Part shown: in pieces, positions 16,723 to 23,968 of the stretch
Numbering within the stretch: position 1 is the first letter of the stretch
Layout of the letters: every line of letters starts with the position of its first letter
Origin: Gammaproteobacteria bacterium
Lineage (GTDB): Bacteria; Pseudomonadota; Gammaproteobacteria; Steroidobacterales; Steroidobacteraceae
DNA: 64,000 nucleotides
Assembly (NCBI GenBank): GCA_028870635.1
Contig: JAGWPE010000260.1
Span: forward strand, 2,612-66,611
Reading direction: 5' to 3'
Translations under genes and position numbers: made by a program
Notes under the pieces: generated by a model
The model's database searches: none
What the model was told of the DNA's origin: nothing
The model's input: only the letters and a program-made list of their open reading frames with translations

Positions 16723-18129
16723 TCAACGTAGAGAATCCCGACCGGTTTCGGGCTCCTCCTCCTGGGCCGAGGATGGAGCCCGGCCACCCGAGTCCCTGCC
16801 ATTGTAGCTCTCGAGCCGGTTGTACAGCGTTTTCAGGCTGACGCCGAGGATCTCCGCCGCCTTGCGCTTGACGTGGCCGCAATACGCCAGTGTCGCCATG
16901 GTGACCCGGCGCTCAACCTCCTCCAGCGGGGTCCCGACACGGATGGTGATGGTCGTACCGTCATCCGGCTTGGGCGAGGCATCGGTCAGCGTTATGTCGC
17001 ATTCGATGACGTCGTCGGCCATGATGAAGGCACGCTGCACGTAATTGCGCAGCTCGCGCACATTTCCCGGCCAGCCATACTGGTACAGGCGCACCAGCGC
17101 ATCGCGCGAGAATGTCTTGTGCGTTCCCTCGGCGCGATTGAGCTCGTCCAGGAAGTACTGCGCGAGCTGCTCGATATCGGTCTCGCGGTCGCGCAGGGGC
17201 GGCAGGCGGATCGGGAAGACGTTCAGCCGGTGATAGAGATCCTCGCGCAGCTTGCCGTCGGCGAGGGCCTTCTCCGGCTCGCGGTTGGTCGCGCAGATCA
17301 CCCGCACGTCGCTCGCGATCGGCTGCGTGCCGCCCACGCGGTTGACTGTGCCGGTCTCGAGCACCCGCAGCAGCTTCACCTGCAGCTCCATCGGCATCTC
17401 GGTGATCTCGTCGAGGAAGATCGTGCCGCCGTTGGCGCGCTCGAAGAAACCCTTGTGCTGGCGGTCGGCGCCGGTAAAGCTGCCGCGCTCGTGACCGAAG
17501 AGCTCGCTCTCGATGAGCTGCGGCGCGACGGCACCGCAGTTGAGCGGCAGGAATGAGCTGCTGCGACGCCGGGAGAGCTCGTGGATCGTCTGGGCCGCAA
17601 GCTCCTTGCCGGTGCCGCTCTCTCCGATCAACATGACCGTGGCCGAGGTCGGGGCGACACGGGTGAGCTGATCGTACAGCACCTGCATGCGCTGCGAGCT
17701 GCCGAGGATGCGCCCGAACCGGCCCATGCGGCGCAGCTCGTCGCGCAGCTCGCCGATCTCGTGCTGCAGCGCGGAGGTTTTCTTCGCGTGCCGCAGCACC
17801 GCCTGTACGCGCTCGAGGTCGGCGGGCTTGATCAGATAATCGCTCGCTCCGGCCCGCAGCGCGGCGACGGCGCTGTCTACGGTGGCGTGACCGGTGATGA
17901 CGATGACCTCGGTGGCCTCCGGCTTCTCGAGCTCTCGCAGCAACTCGATTCCTTCTCCGTCCGGGAGCGCCAGATCGGTCAGGAGCACATCGGGACGCTG
18001 CCGGCCGAGCTCTATCCGTGCATCCCGCAGGCTCTGCGCGCGGGCGACGGTGAAGCCCTCCATGCGGGCTACCTCTTGCAGCCAGTCCACCACGTCCGCG
18101 TCGTCGTCGATGATCAAAGCGTGTGCCAT
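16723..18129 (-). CDS. Sigma-54-dependent Fis-family response regulator (NtrC-like: REC + AAA+ + HTH)
   Basis: REC (ALIIDDD...LLTDLALPDG), Walker A GESGTGKE, GAFTGA-equivalent ESELFGHERGSFTGA, and the R-finger region WPGNVRELRN. The C-terminal region ATLAYCGHVKRKAAEILGVSLKTLYNRL is a Fis-type HTH. Confidence 0.92.
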   Translation of the reverse strand: MAHALIIDDDADVVDWLQEVARMEGFTVARAQSLRDARIELGRQRPDVLLTDLALPDGEGIELLRELEKPEATEVIVITGHATVDSAVAALRAGASDYLIKPADLERVQAVLRHAKKTSALQHEIGELRDELRRMGRFGRILGSSQRMQVLYDQLTRVAPTSATVMLIGESGTGKELAAQTIHELSRRRSSSFLPLNCGAVAPQLIESELFGHERGSFTGADRQHKGFFERANGGTIFLDEITEMPMELQVKLLRVLETGTVNRVGGTQPIASDVRVICATNREPEKALADGKLREDLYHRLNVFPIRLPPLRDRETDIEQLAQYFLDELNRAEGTHKTFSRDALVRLYQYGWPGNVRELRNYVQRAFIMADDVIECDITLTDASPKPDDGTTITIRVGTPLEEVERRVTMATLAYCGHVKRKAAEILGVSLKTLYNRLESYNGRDSGGRAPSSAQEEEPETGRDSLR

Positions 18130-18223
18130 GTACTCGCCTTCAGCCCTTAGAGGGCGGACCACTGTATGCCCTCTCGAGCACGCCGCCAAGCGCGAGCGGA
18201 GCAGTATCGGGCGCGCTTTGCGC

Positions 18224-19465
18224 TCAGAGCGCCGCTCCCGGACTGGGTTTTCTCGCTGTCAGGGCCGACACCGCGCCCGAGATGATCGACACGACGATCA
18301 CCACGAGAACCGCACTGTCGAGTCCCCTCGCGAACGCCGCCGGCAGGTCCTGGCCAGCCACCAGCGCCAGGCAGTAGAGCGCCGCCGGCCCGCGTGCGGC
18401 GAACAGCTCGAACGTGCGCCGCTGCGCAGGCGTGACCACCGGCCGACCGAGCCCGAGGCGCACCGCGAGCGGCCGGACCAGAATCAACAATACGGCAGCG
18501 TAGAGAGCCGTGCGCGGAGTGAAGTCGGCCGTGCCGAGCAGTGTGCCCAACAAAACCATCATGAGGACCGTCGCACCCCGCTCCGCCCGGCCGGCGAACC
18601 TGAGGACGCGCGCACCGAGCGGCTGCTTGCGCGTCATCCGGCGGCGCCCGCCGTGCGACAGCGCCAGCCCCGCGGCGAGGGCGCCGAGAAGCGCATCGGT
18701 GCGCAGCGCGAGGGCGCAGATGTACGCGAGCGCGCCCGTGGCGAAGACGATCATCTCCTCGAGCAGGTCCCCCTGGCGGTCGCGGTCGATCAGCGCCAGC
18801 CAGCGCGCCGCGGCAACGCCCATCAGCCAGCCGACAGCCGCCCCACCGGCGAGAGACCAGAGGATGGTCAGCGTCAGAGAGCCGAGCACGGCCGCGCCCG
18901 CCCCGGTCGCGCCCATCCGCGTCAGTACCAACAGGACCATCGGCCCCACGATCGCGCTGGTCGCGGCTCCTTCCGCTGCAAGAGCAAACGGCACGGGCTC
19001 CTGTTCGCTTTCCACGGCGTGCGCATCCGCTGCCAGCGCCGCATCGGTCGGGGCGAGGATGACGGCCAGGAGCAAAGCCTGCAGCAGGCTCATCCCGAAG
19101 ATCAGATAAGCCGCGCCCGCCGACAGCAGCGCCGCGGATACCGTCGTGAGCGACGCGAGCTGCAGCGGCACCCGCCACGGCGCCCATTCGAACGGCGCCC
19201 GCAGGCGCAGACCCGCGCAAAACAGGCATATCAGGAGGACGGCTTCGCTGATCGATTGGATGAGCGCCCCGTCCTCCGAGAGCTGCGGCTCGATGAGCTT
19301 CAGACCCTGCGGACCTGCGAGCAGGCCGACCCCGATCCCGAGAATCACCGGGCTCGTGGACCATCGCGTCAGGGGAGACTCCGTCCTAGTGTTGACCTGC
19401 TTGTGCACCGGGAGCCGCCACATCGCCGCGGACAGCTCGCTGCAAGCGACAGCCGCGGATCGCAT
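18224..19465 (-). CDS. Cation:proton antiporter (CPA1/Na+/H+ exchanger family); start uncertain
   Basis: Multi-TM protein. SPVILGIGVGLLAGPQGL and AVILAPTDAA are typical of the Na_H_Exchanger family. Candidate starts are ATG 19465, ATG 19423 and GTG 19408, and all overlap the 3' end of the upstream gene. Confidence 0.7.
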   Translation of the reverse strand: MRSAAVACSELSAAMWRLPVHKQVNTRTESPLTRWSTSPVILGIGVGLLAGPQGLKLIEPQLSEDGALIQSISEAVLLICLFCAGLRLRAPFEWAPWRVPLQLASLTTVSAALLSAGAAYLIFGMSLLQALLLAVILAPTDAALAADAHAVESEQEPVPFALAAEGAATSAIVGPMVLLVLTRMGATGAGAAVLGSLTLTILWSLAGGAAVGWLMGVAAARWLALIDRDRQGDLLEEMIVFATGALAYICALALRTDALLGALAAGLALSHGGRRRMTRKQPLGARVLRFAGRAERGATVLMMVLLGTLLGTADFTPRTALYAAVLLILVRPLAVRLGLGRPVVTPAQRRTFELFAARGPAALYCLALVAGQDLPAAFARGLDSAVLVVIVVSIISGAVSALTARKPSPGAAL

Positions 19466-19874
19466 CGTGAGTGCTCATCAGGAACTCGAACTGGCGCAGC
19501 ACGGCGTCGCGTACGAAATCCGGGAGGTGATCGTCCAGAGCGTTGCGATACACCTCCAGGATCCAGCTCTCTCCGCGCTCGCACGCATCGAGAATAGCTC
19601 CGTCCTCGCCGCGCGCAAGAGCGGCGCGCAATCCTGCCCAGCCGCTGCGCCAGAAGCCGGCCGCGGCCCCGTGCGGTTGCCGCCCGCCCCCCAACCGCTC
19701 GACCAACGCCTCGAGCTCGCGCCTCGCGTCCGCGCATTCCTCGGCGCCCCGGACGCAAACATCCTGCAACGGGCCGGGCTCGAGAGATGACGCGCACAGC
19801 CTCAAGGCCTGCTCACTGTCGCGGCGGACTGAAATGAGCTCCCGCAGCGCTTGTATGGTGTACTTATGGCTCAT
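19386..19874 (-). CDS. PA2169/DUF2383 family four-helix-bundle (ferritin-like) protein
   Basis: 162 aa. MSHKYTIQALRELISVRRDSEQALRLCA...ILDACERGESWILEVYRNALD... resembles DUF2383. GAGGAG Shine-Dalgarno sequence upstream. Confidence 0.65.
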   Translation of the reverse strand: MSHKYTIQALRELISVRRDSEQALRLCASSLEPGPLQDVCVRGAEECADARRELEALVERLGGGRQPHGAAAGFWRSGWAGLRAALARGEDGAILDACERGESWILEVYRNALDDHLPDFVRDAVLRQFEFLMSTHDAIRGCRLQRAVRGDVAAPGAQAGQH

Positions 19875-20171
19875 GCGCGCATCTCCTCGACTGGCGCAGA
19901 GTCGGCGTCCTGCCGCTTTGCGCGAGCACGGGGCACTTGATGACTTCGCTCAGGCAGGAAGGGGATTGATGAAGCTTGGAGGCGAGCGCTCAAGCAGGAG
20001 ATGTGCCATGAGATATGCCCGTCGCGGAGGGGCTCGCGGCCCGCACCAGGGCCGCCAGCTCGGCAGGAGACGGCTGCACAATTTTCATCTCCTGTACCTT
20101 TTTACAGACGTTCCGGCCTCCTCCGCGGCCTGAGCGGCCCCCGCGAGCCTGCCGGGCGGTCGAAACGATGT

Positions 20172-20187
20172 TGGCATGATGGTTGCA
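20172..20187 (+). promoter_or_regulatory. Candidate sigma-54 (-24/-12) promoter
   Basis: TGGCAT-GATGG-TTGCA has the exact GG-N10-GC spacing. It differs from the TGGCAC-N5-TTGCA consensus at one position, and the flanking T and G/A also fit the extended consensus. It lies in a long non-coding region with no upstream plus-strand gene. Confidence 0.55.
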
Positions 20188-20197
20188 TGGAGTGGCT

Positions 20198-20245
20198 AGA
20201 CCCCCCGTTTGGCGGGCTGTGGTGCGACCAGCCCGCTCTTTTTTT
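20198..20245 (+). ncRNA. Candidate short sigma-54-dependent sRNA (predicted TSS ~20198 to terminator)
   Basis: The predicted TSS lies ~12 nt after the -12 GC element. The transcript would have a C-rich single-stranded 5' part (CUAGACCCCCCGUUU) followed by the terminator hairpin. No ORF is present. This is purely predictive. Confidence 0.3.
20211..20245 (+). terminator. Rho-independent terminator
   Basis: Stem GCGGGCTG (20212-20219) / CAGCCCGC (20229-20236), 9-nt loop, then TCTTTTTTT (20237-20245). Confidence 0.6.
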
Positions 20246-20457
20246 CTGCGTCCCTGCGGCGCGAAGTGCGGCATCGTGCCGCTTCGCGCGAGCACGGGGC
20301 TGTGACGGGGATTCATCTCGCGGCCCCCGGGAACGGCCCGGGGGCCGCTTCATCAATCGCTTTCGAACGGCGCCGAGGGAAGTGCGCCGGGGGAGCGCTT
20401 CATCAATCGCCTTTGCAAGGCGCGCTGGAGGGGCGCGGCGGCGGCTTGCTTTCGCTT
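20246..20457 (+). repeat. Structured intergenic repeat, composite copy C (one full unit plus two partial units)
   Basis: Hairpin 1: GCGCGAAG (20259-20266) / CTTCGCGC (20282-20289). Hairpin 2: GCGGCCCCCGGG (20320-20331) / CCCGGGGGCCGC (20337-20348). GCTTCATCAATCGC occurs twice (20347-20360 and 20395-20408), and the unit ends ...GGCTTGCTTTCGCTTGG. Confidence 0.65.
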
Positions 20458-20506
20458 GGCGCTGGGTTCAGATTCCGGGCTCATCACTGCTCGCGGAGGG
20501 GCGCCA

Positions 20507-20806
20507 ATGCATCAGATGATGAATTCGGAGCAGGCTGTCGCCATACACCAGGCGCTCATCTGCGTGCAGAGCGCCGTCACAGGGATGACGTTTCCGCGGT
20601 GTGATCAGGAGGATCTCCTCGAGCTCATCGACAGGGTGGAAGAGCAGCTGCATTGCTCTCATCCCAACGCCGCCCTGATGTGCACCTTCCTCAACTCCAT
20701 CGCGCGCAGCCTGCGCGCGCAGCCGGAAGCGCGCGAGGCATGTCTCACGATCGAGCAGGCGATCGAGGCCGCGGGCATGCCGAGCACCTGGCAATCGGGT
20801 ATCTGA
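20507..20806 (+). CDS. Small hypothetical protein (99 aa, five Cys)
   Basis: ATG 20507 lies 7 nt after a GGAGG Shine-Dalgarno sequence. MHQMMNSEQAVAIHQALICVQSAVTGMTFPRCDQEDLLELIDRVEEQLHCSHPNAALMCTFLNSIARSL... matches no family I recognise. Confidence 0.5.
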   Translation: MHQMMNSEQAVAIHQALICVQSAVTGMTFPRCDQEDLLELIDRVEEQLHCSHPNAALMCTFLNSIARSLRAQPEAREACLTIEQAIEAAGMPSTWQSGI

Positions 20807-20821
20807 CGCGCAGCGGGTGAG

Positions 20822-22459
20822 TCAGCGGCGCGAGACAGCCAGGCGCCGCACCAGGGGCACGAAGGTGTCGAAGTCGACCGGCTTCGGCACGTGCAGATCG
20901 AAGCCCGCATCCATCGCGGCCGCGACGTCACTGCGCGACGCGTAGCCGGTCACGGCGATCGCGAGCATCCGCCTGCCGACTTGGGTCGATCGCAGCTTGC
21001 GCACCAGCGAGTAGCCGTCCTCCACCGGCATGCCGATATCGGTGACCACGATGTCGAAATGCGCGCCCTGCGCATCCAGCTGCCGCAGCGCCGAGGGCGC
21101 GGAGTCGGTTACCGTAACCGAGGCACCCTCGAGCCGCAGCATCTGCGCGACCAACGTGCGCGCTTCCAGCTCATCGTCCACGACGAGGATGGACAGTCCT
21201 TCGAGTGTCTGTCGCTGCTGCGGCAGCTCCCGCTTCATGCCATCCGCCGGCGCGGCCGCTTCCGCCGAGGCCAACGACCGGGCCATGGCCCTGGGCAGGC
21301 GGACGCTGAACATTGCGCCGGCGCCGCGTCCGCCGCTATGCGCCGCAACGGACCCGCCATGCAGGGCGACGATCTCGCGGACCAGCGTCAGACCGAGCCC
21401 GAGCCCGGAGGTCTGGCGGGTGCTCGTGTCGTGGCCTTGTCTGAAGCGATCGAATATGTGCGGCAACAGCTCCGGCGCAATGCCCTGACCGGTATCCTCC
21501 ACCGTGAGCTCCGTGAACGCGCCGTTCTCGCGCACCCCCACGGTGATCCGGCCCCCGGAGCCGGTGAACTTCACCGCGTTGGAGAGCAGATTGCCGATCA
21601 CCTGATGCAGGCGGTCGGGGTCCCCGCGCAGCTCACCCGCGCCCGGGACGAAGGCTGTCGCGATCTCGATGCCCTTCGCGGCCGCCGCCGGTCGTGCGGC
21701 GTCGATCGCCAGTCGCGCGATCCGCGCGAGCTGGATCGGCCGCGTCTCCACCTTGAGTTTGCCGGTGTTCACGCGCCCGAGATCCAGCAGATCGTTGACC
21801 ATTTTGAGCTGCGCTTTCGCGCTCTGCTCGATGCGCGGAGTGATCGCCGCGACCTCGGGGTCATTGCCGCACTTCAAGGCGAGAATGCGGTTCCAGCCGA
21901 GCATGGCATTGAGCGGTGAGCGCAGCTCGTGCGAGATCACCGACAGGAATTCGTCCTTGGAGCGGTAGGCGGCTTCCGCTGCTTCGCGCTCGCTCGTCAC
22001 GTTGCGCGAGGTGATGACCAGATGCGCGGATTCGGGGTCAGCGCCGGGCCTGAGGATGCAGCCGCGCAACGCGAGCCAGCGGGTTCCTCCCGGCCGCTCC
22101 GGCGCCGGCCGCACCCGGACCGTGAGATCCAAGGGCGATGCGCCCGAAAGCGCCTCCCGCACCGCGGCCGAGAACCGTTCGCGGTCGTCGGCGTGGATGC
22201 GCGACTCCACCGCGTCCCAGGCGAGCATCTCATCCGGAGGCCAGCCCCATTCGGCCTTGAATTGCGAGTTGGCCTCCAACGCGCCGGCGCCGGCGTGCAG
22301 CCGGCAATAGCCGATCTGACCCGCGGCGAGCACCGTCTCCAGCTCATCCTTGCGGCGCGCGAGGCGCTCCCACTCGGCTGGCAGCGGGCGCGCTGCCGGG
22401 GCGGGCGCGCACGCCGCATCTGGGCGGGAACCGGGGTCGTCGTCGTGAATTGATGTCAT
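20822..22459 (-). CDS. Hybrid sensor histidine kinase / response regulator with PAS domain (cytoplasmic)
   Basis: Start at ATG 22459 (MTSIHDDDP). PAS-like region, H-box FLSVISHELRSPLNAML, HATPase_c (GNLLSNAVKFT, DTGQGI, GLGLGLTLVREIV) and a C-terminal receiver (ILVVDDELE...VVTDIGMPVEDG...VPKP). The track ORF extension to 23701 is antisense to rpoN. Confidence 0.9.
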   Translation of the reverse strand: MTSIHDDDPGSRPDAACAPAPAARPLPAEWERLARRKDELETVLAAGQIGYCRLHAGAGALEANSQFKAEWGWPPDEMLAWDAVESRIHADDRERFSAAVREALSGASPLDLTVRVRPAPERPGGTRWLALRGCILRPGADPESAHLVITSRNVTSEREAAEAAYRSKDEFLSVISHELRSPLNAMLGWNRILALKCGNDPEVAAITPRIEQSAKAQLKMVNDLLDLGRVNTGKLKVETRPIQLARIARLAIDAARPAAAAKGIEIATAFVPGAGELRGDPDRLHQVIGNLLSNAVKFTGSGGRITVGVRENGAFTELTVEDTGQGIAPELLPHIFDRFRQGHDTSTRQTSGLGLGLTLVREIVALHGGSVAAHSGGRGAGAMFSVRLPRAMARSLASAEAAAPADGMKRELPQQRQTLEGLSILVVDDELEARTLVAQMLRLEGASVTVTDSAPSALRQLDAQGAHFDIVVTDIGMPVEDGYSLVRKLRSTQVGRRMLAIAVTGYASRSDVAAAMDAGFDLHVPKPVDFDTFVPLVRRLAVSRR

Positions 22460-22591
22460 GTCGCTCGTATGGGAGTTTGAGCCAGGGCTCGGCGCGCATG
22501 GCGTTCTTACACGCCCTTGCAAGTTCTCCCCGGCGGCTCGCCGCGCCGCCGAGGGCGGGGTGGTGGTGACTTGTGAGAGAGGGTTCCTCGA

Positions 22592-23968
22592 ATGTCGAAT
22601 GCCGTATTGGGACTGCGCCTGAAGCAGCAGCTCACGCTGACACCTCGGCTGCAGCAGTCGGTGAAGCTGCTCCAACTTTCCGCTCTGGAATGCGTGCAAG
22701 AACTGCACCAGGCGATCGCGCAGAATCCCTTCCTCGAAGAGAGCGCGGAATCCCCGGAATCCGCGGAGTCCTCCGACTCGCGCTCTGAGAGCGAGGGGGC
22801 TGCCGAGGACAGCTCCCGGGCCGACCTCGACTTCTCCTCCGGCGGCGGTGGCGGAAGCGGTGAAGAGACACCCGACTGGACTGAATGGACCGCCTCGCCC
22901 TCGACCCTGCACGATGCGCTGCGTGACCAGCTGCTCCTTCTCGGTTTGACGGAGCGCGATCACGTGCTCGCGAATCTCATCATCGACGCGCTGGACGATG
23001 ACGGCTTCCTGCGCCTGCCGCTCGAGGATGTCGCCGCGCTGGTTCCGGGAGCGGCGCCGGGAGAGATCGAGACGGCGCTTCGCATCGTGCAAACCCTGGA
23101 GCCGAGCGGCATCGCCGCGCGCAGCCTCGGAGAGTGCCTGGCGCTGCAACTCGAGGCGATGGACCGCGATACGCCCGGCCGCGACTTCGCGCTGGAAGTG
23201 GTGCAGAACAGGCTGTCGATGATGGCCGCGAGAGACAACACGCGGCTTCTCGAGGCGCTCGGCTGTTCGCAAGAGGAGCTCCGCCTCGCGATGGAGCTGA
23301 TCCGCAGCCTCGATCCGCGCCCGGGGTCCAAAGTCGGCACGTTCGAGCCCCGCGCCATCGTTCCCGACGTGATCGTGCGCAAGGAAAAGAAGCGCTGGGT
23401 CGTGACGGTCAACTCGGCGATCTACCCGCGGATTCGCGTCAACCAACAGTACGCGGACTACTTCCGCCAGGCGCGGGACGGCGAGACTGCCCTCCTCGCG
23501 CAACACCTGCAGGAGGCGCGTTGGCTGGTGCGCAACCTCGAGCAGCGGTTCCTGACCATCCAACGGGTAGCCGAGGCGGTGGTCACCCGCCAGCGGAATT
23601 TCTTCGAGTACGGAGACCTTGCGATGCGGCCGCTGACGCTGCGCGAGATCGCCGATGAGCTCGGGCTGCACGAGTCGACGGTGTCGCGGGCCACGAGCCA
23701 CAAGTTCATGGCGACGCCGCGCGGCGTGGTCGCTTTCAAGCGCTTCTTCTCCCGTCAGCTCGCAACGACGAGCGGCGGCTCGTGCTCCGCCACCGCCATC
23801 CGCGCGCTGCTGCGGGAATTCATTGCCGCCGAGGACCGGCGCAACCCGCTCTCCGACGTGCAGCTCACCGAGCTCCTCGCCGACCGGGGCGTCAAGGTCG
23901 CGCGGCGCACCGTGACTAAGTATCGCCGCTCGATGCAGCTGCCAGCGGTGGATTTCCGCCGGGCATAG
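22592..23968 (+). CDS. rpoN: RNA polymerase sigma-54 factor
   Basis: 458 aa. Region I MSNAVLGLRLKQQLTLTPRLQQSVKLLQLSALE, an acidic region II, an HTH, and the RpoN box ARRTVTKYR near the C-terminus. Confidence 0.92.
   Translation: MSNAVLGLRLKQQLTLTPRLQQSVKLLQLSALECVQELHQAIAQNPFLEESAESPESAESSDSRSESEGAAEDSSRADLDFSSGGGGGSGEETPDWTEWTASPSTLHDALRDQLLLLGLTERDHVLANLIIDALDDDGFLRLPLEDVAALVPGAAPGEIETALRIVQTLEPSGIAARSLGECLALQLEAMDRDTPGRDFALEVVQNRLSMMAARDNTRLLEALGCSQEELRLAMELIRSLDPRPGSKVGTFEPRAIVPDVIVRKEKKRWVVTVNSAIYPRIRVNQQYADYFRQARDGETALLAQHLQEARWLVRNLEQRFLTIQRVAEAVVTRQRNFFEYGDLAMRPLTLREIADELGLHESTVSRATSHKFMATPRGVVAFKRFFSRQLATTSGGSCSATAIRALLREFIAAEDRRNPLSDVQLTELLADRGVKVARRTVTKYRRSMQLPAVDFRRA

Noticed and set aside
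20093-20106. TGT-N8-ACA inverted repeat upstream of the sigma-54 promoter, considered as a NifA-type UAS
   Set aside because: The NifA UAS is TGT-N10-ACA, so the spacing does not fit. I keep it only as part of the AT-rich patch noted in the 19875-20506 finding.
19900-20460. Possible CRISPR array, given the repeated hairpin-forming units
   Set aside because: The units are degenerate, of unequal length and irregularly spaced, with no unique spacers of constant size. The same element occurs singly at distant loci. There are no cas genes in the window.
22460-23701. Upstream extension of the hybrid-kinase ORF (the 959-aa version 20822..23701)
   Set aside because: The extension is antisense to rpoN and has no kinase-related or membrane features. 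ATG 22459 (MTSIHDDDP) gives a complete PAS-HisKA-HATPase-REC protein.
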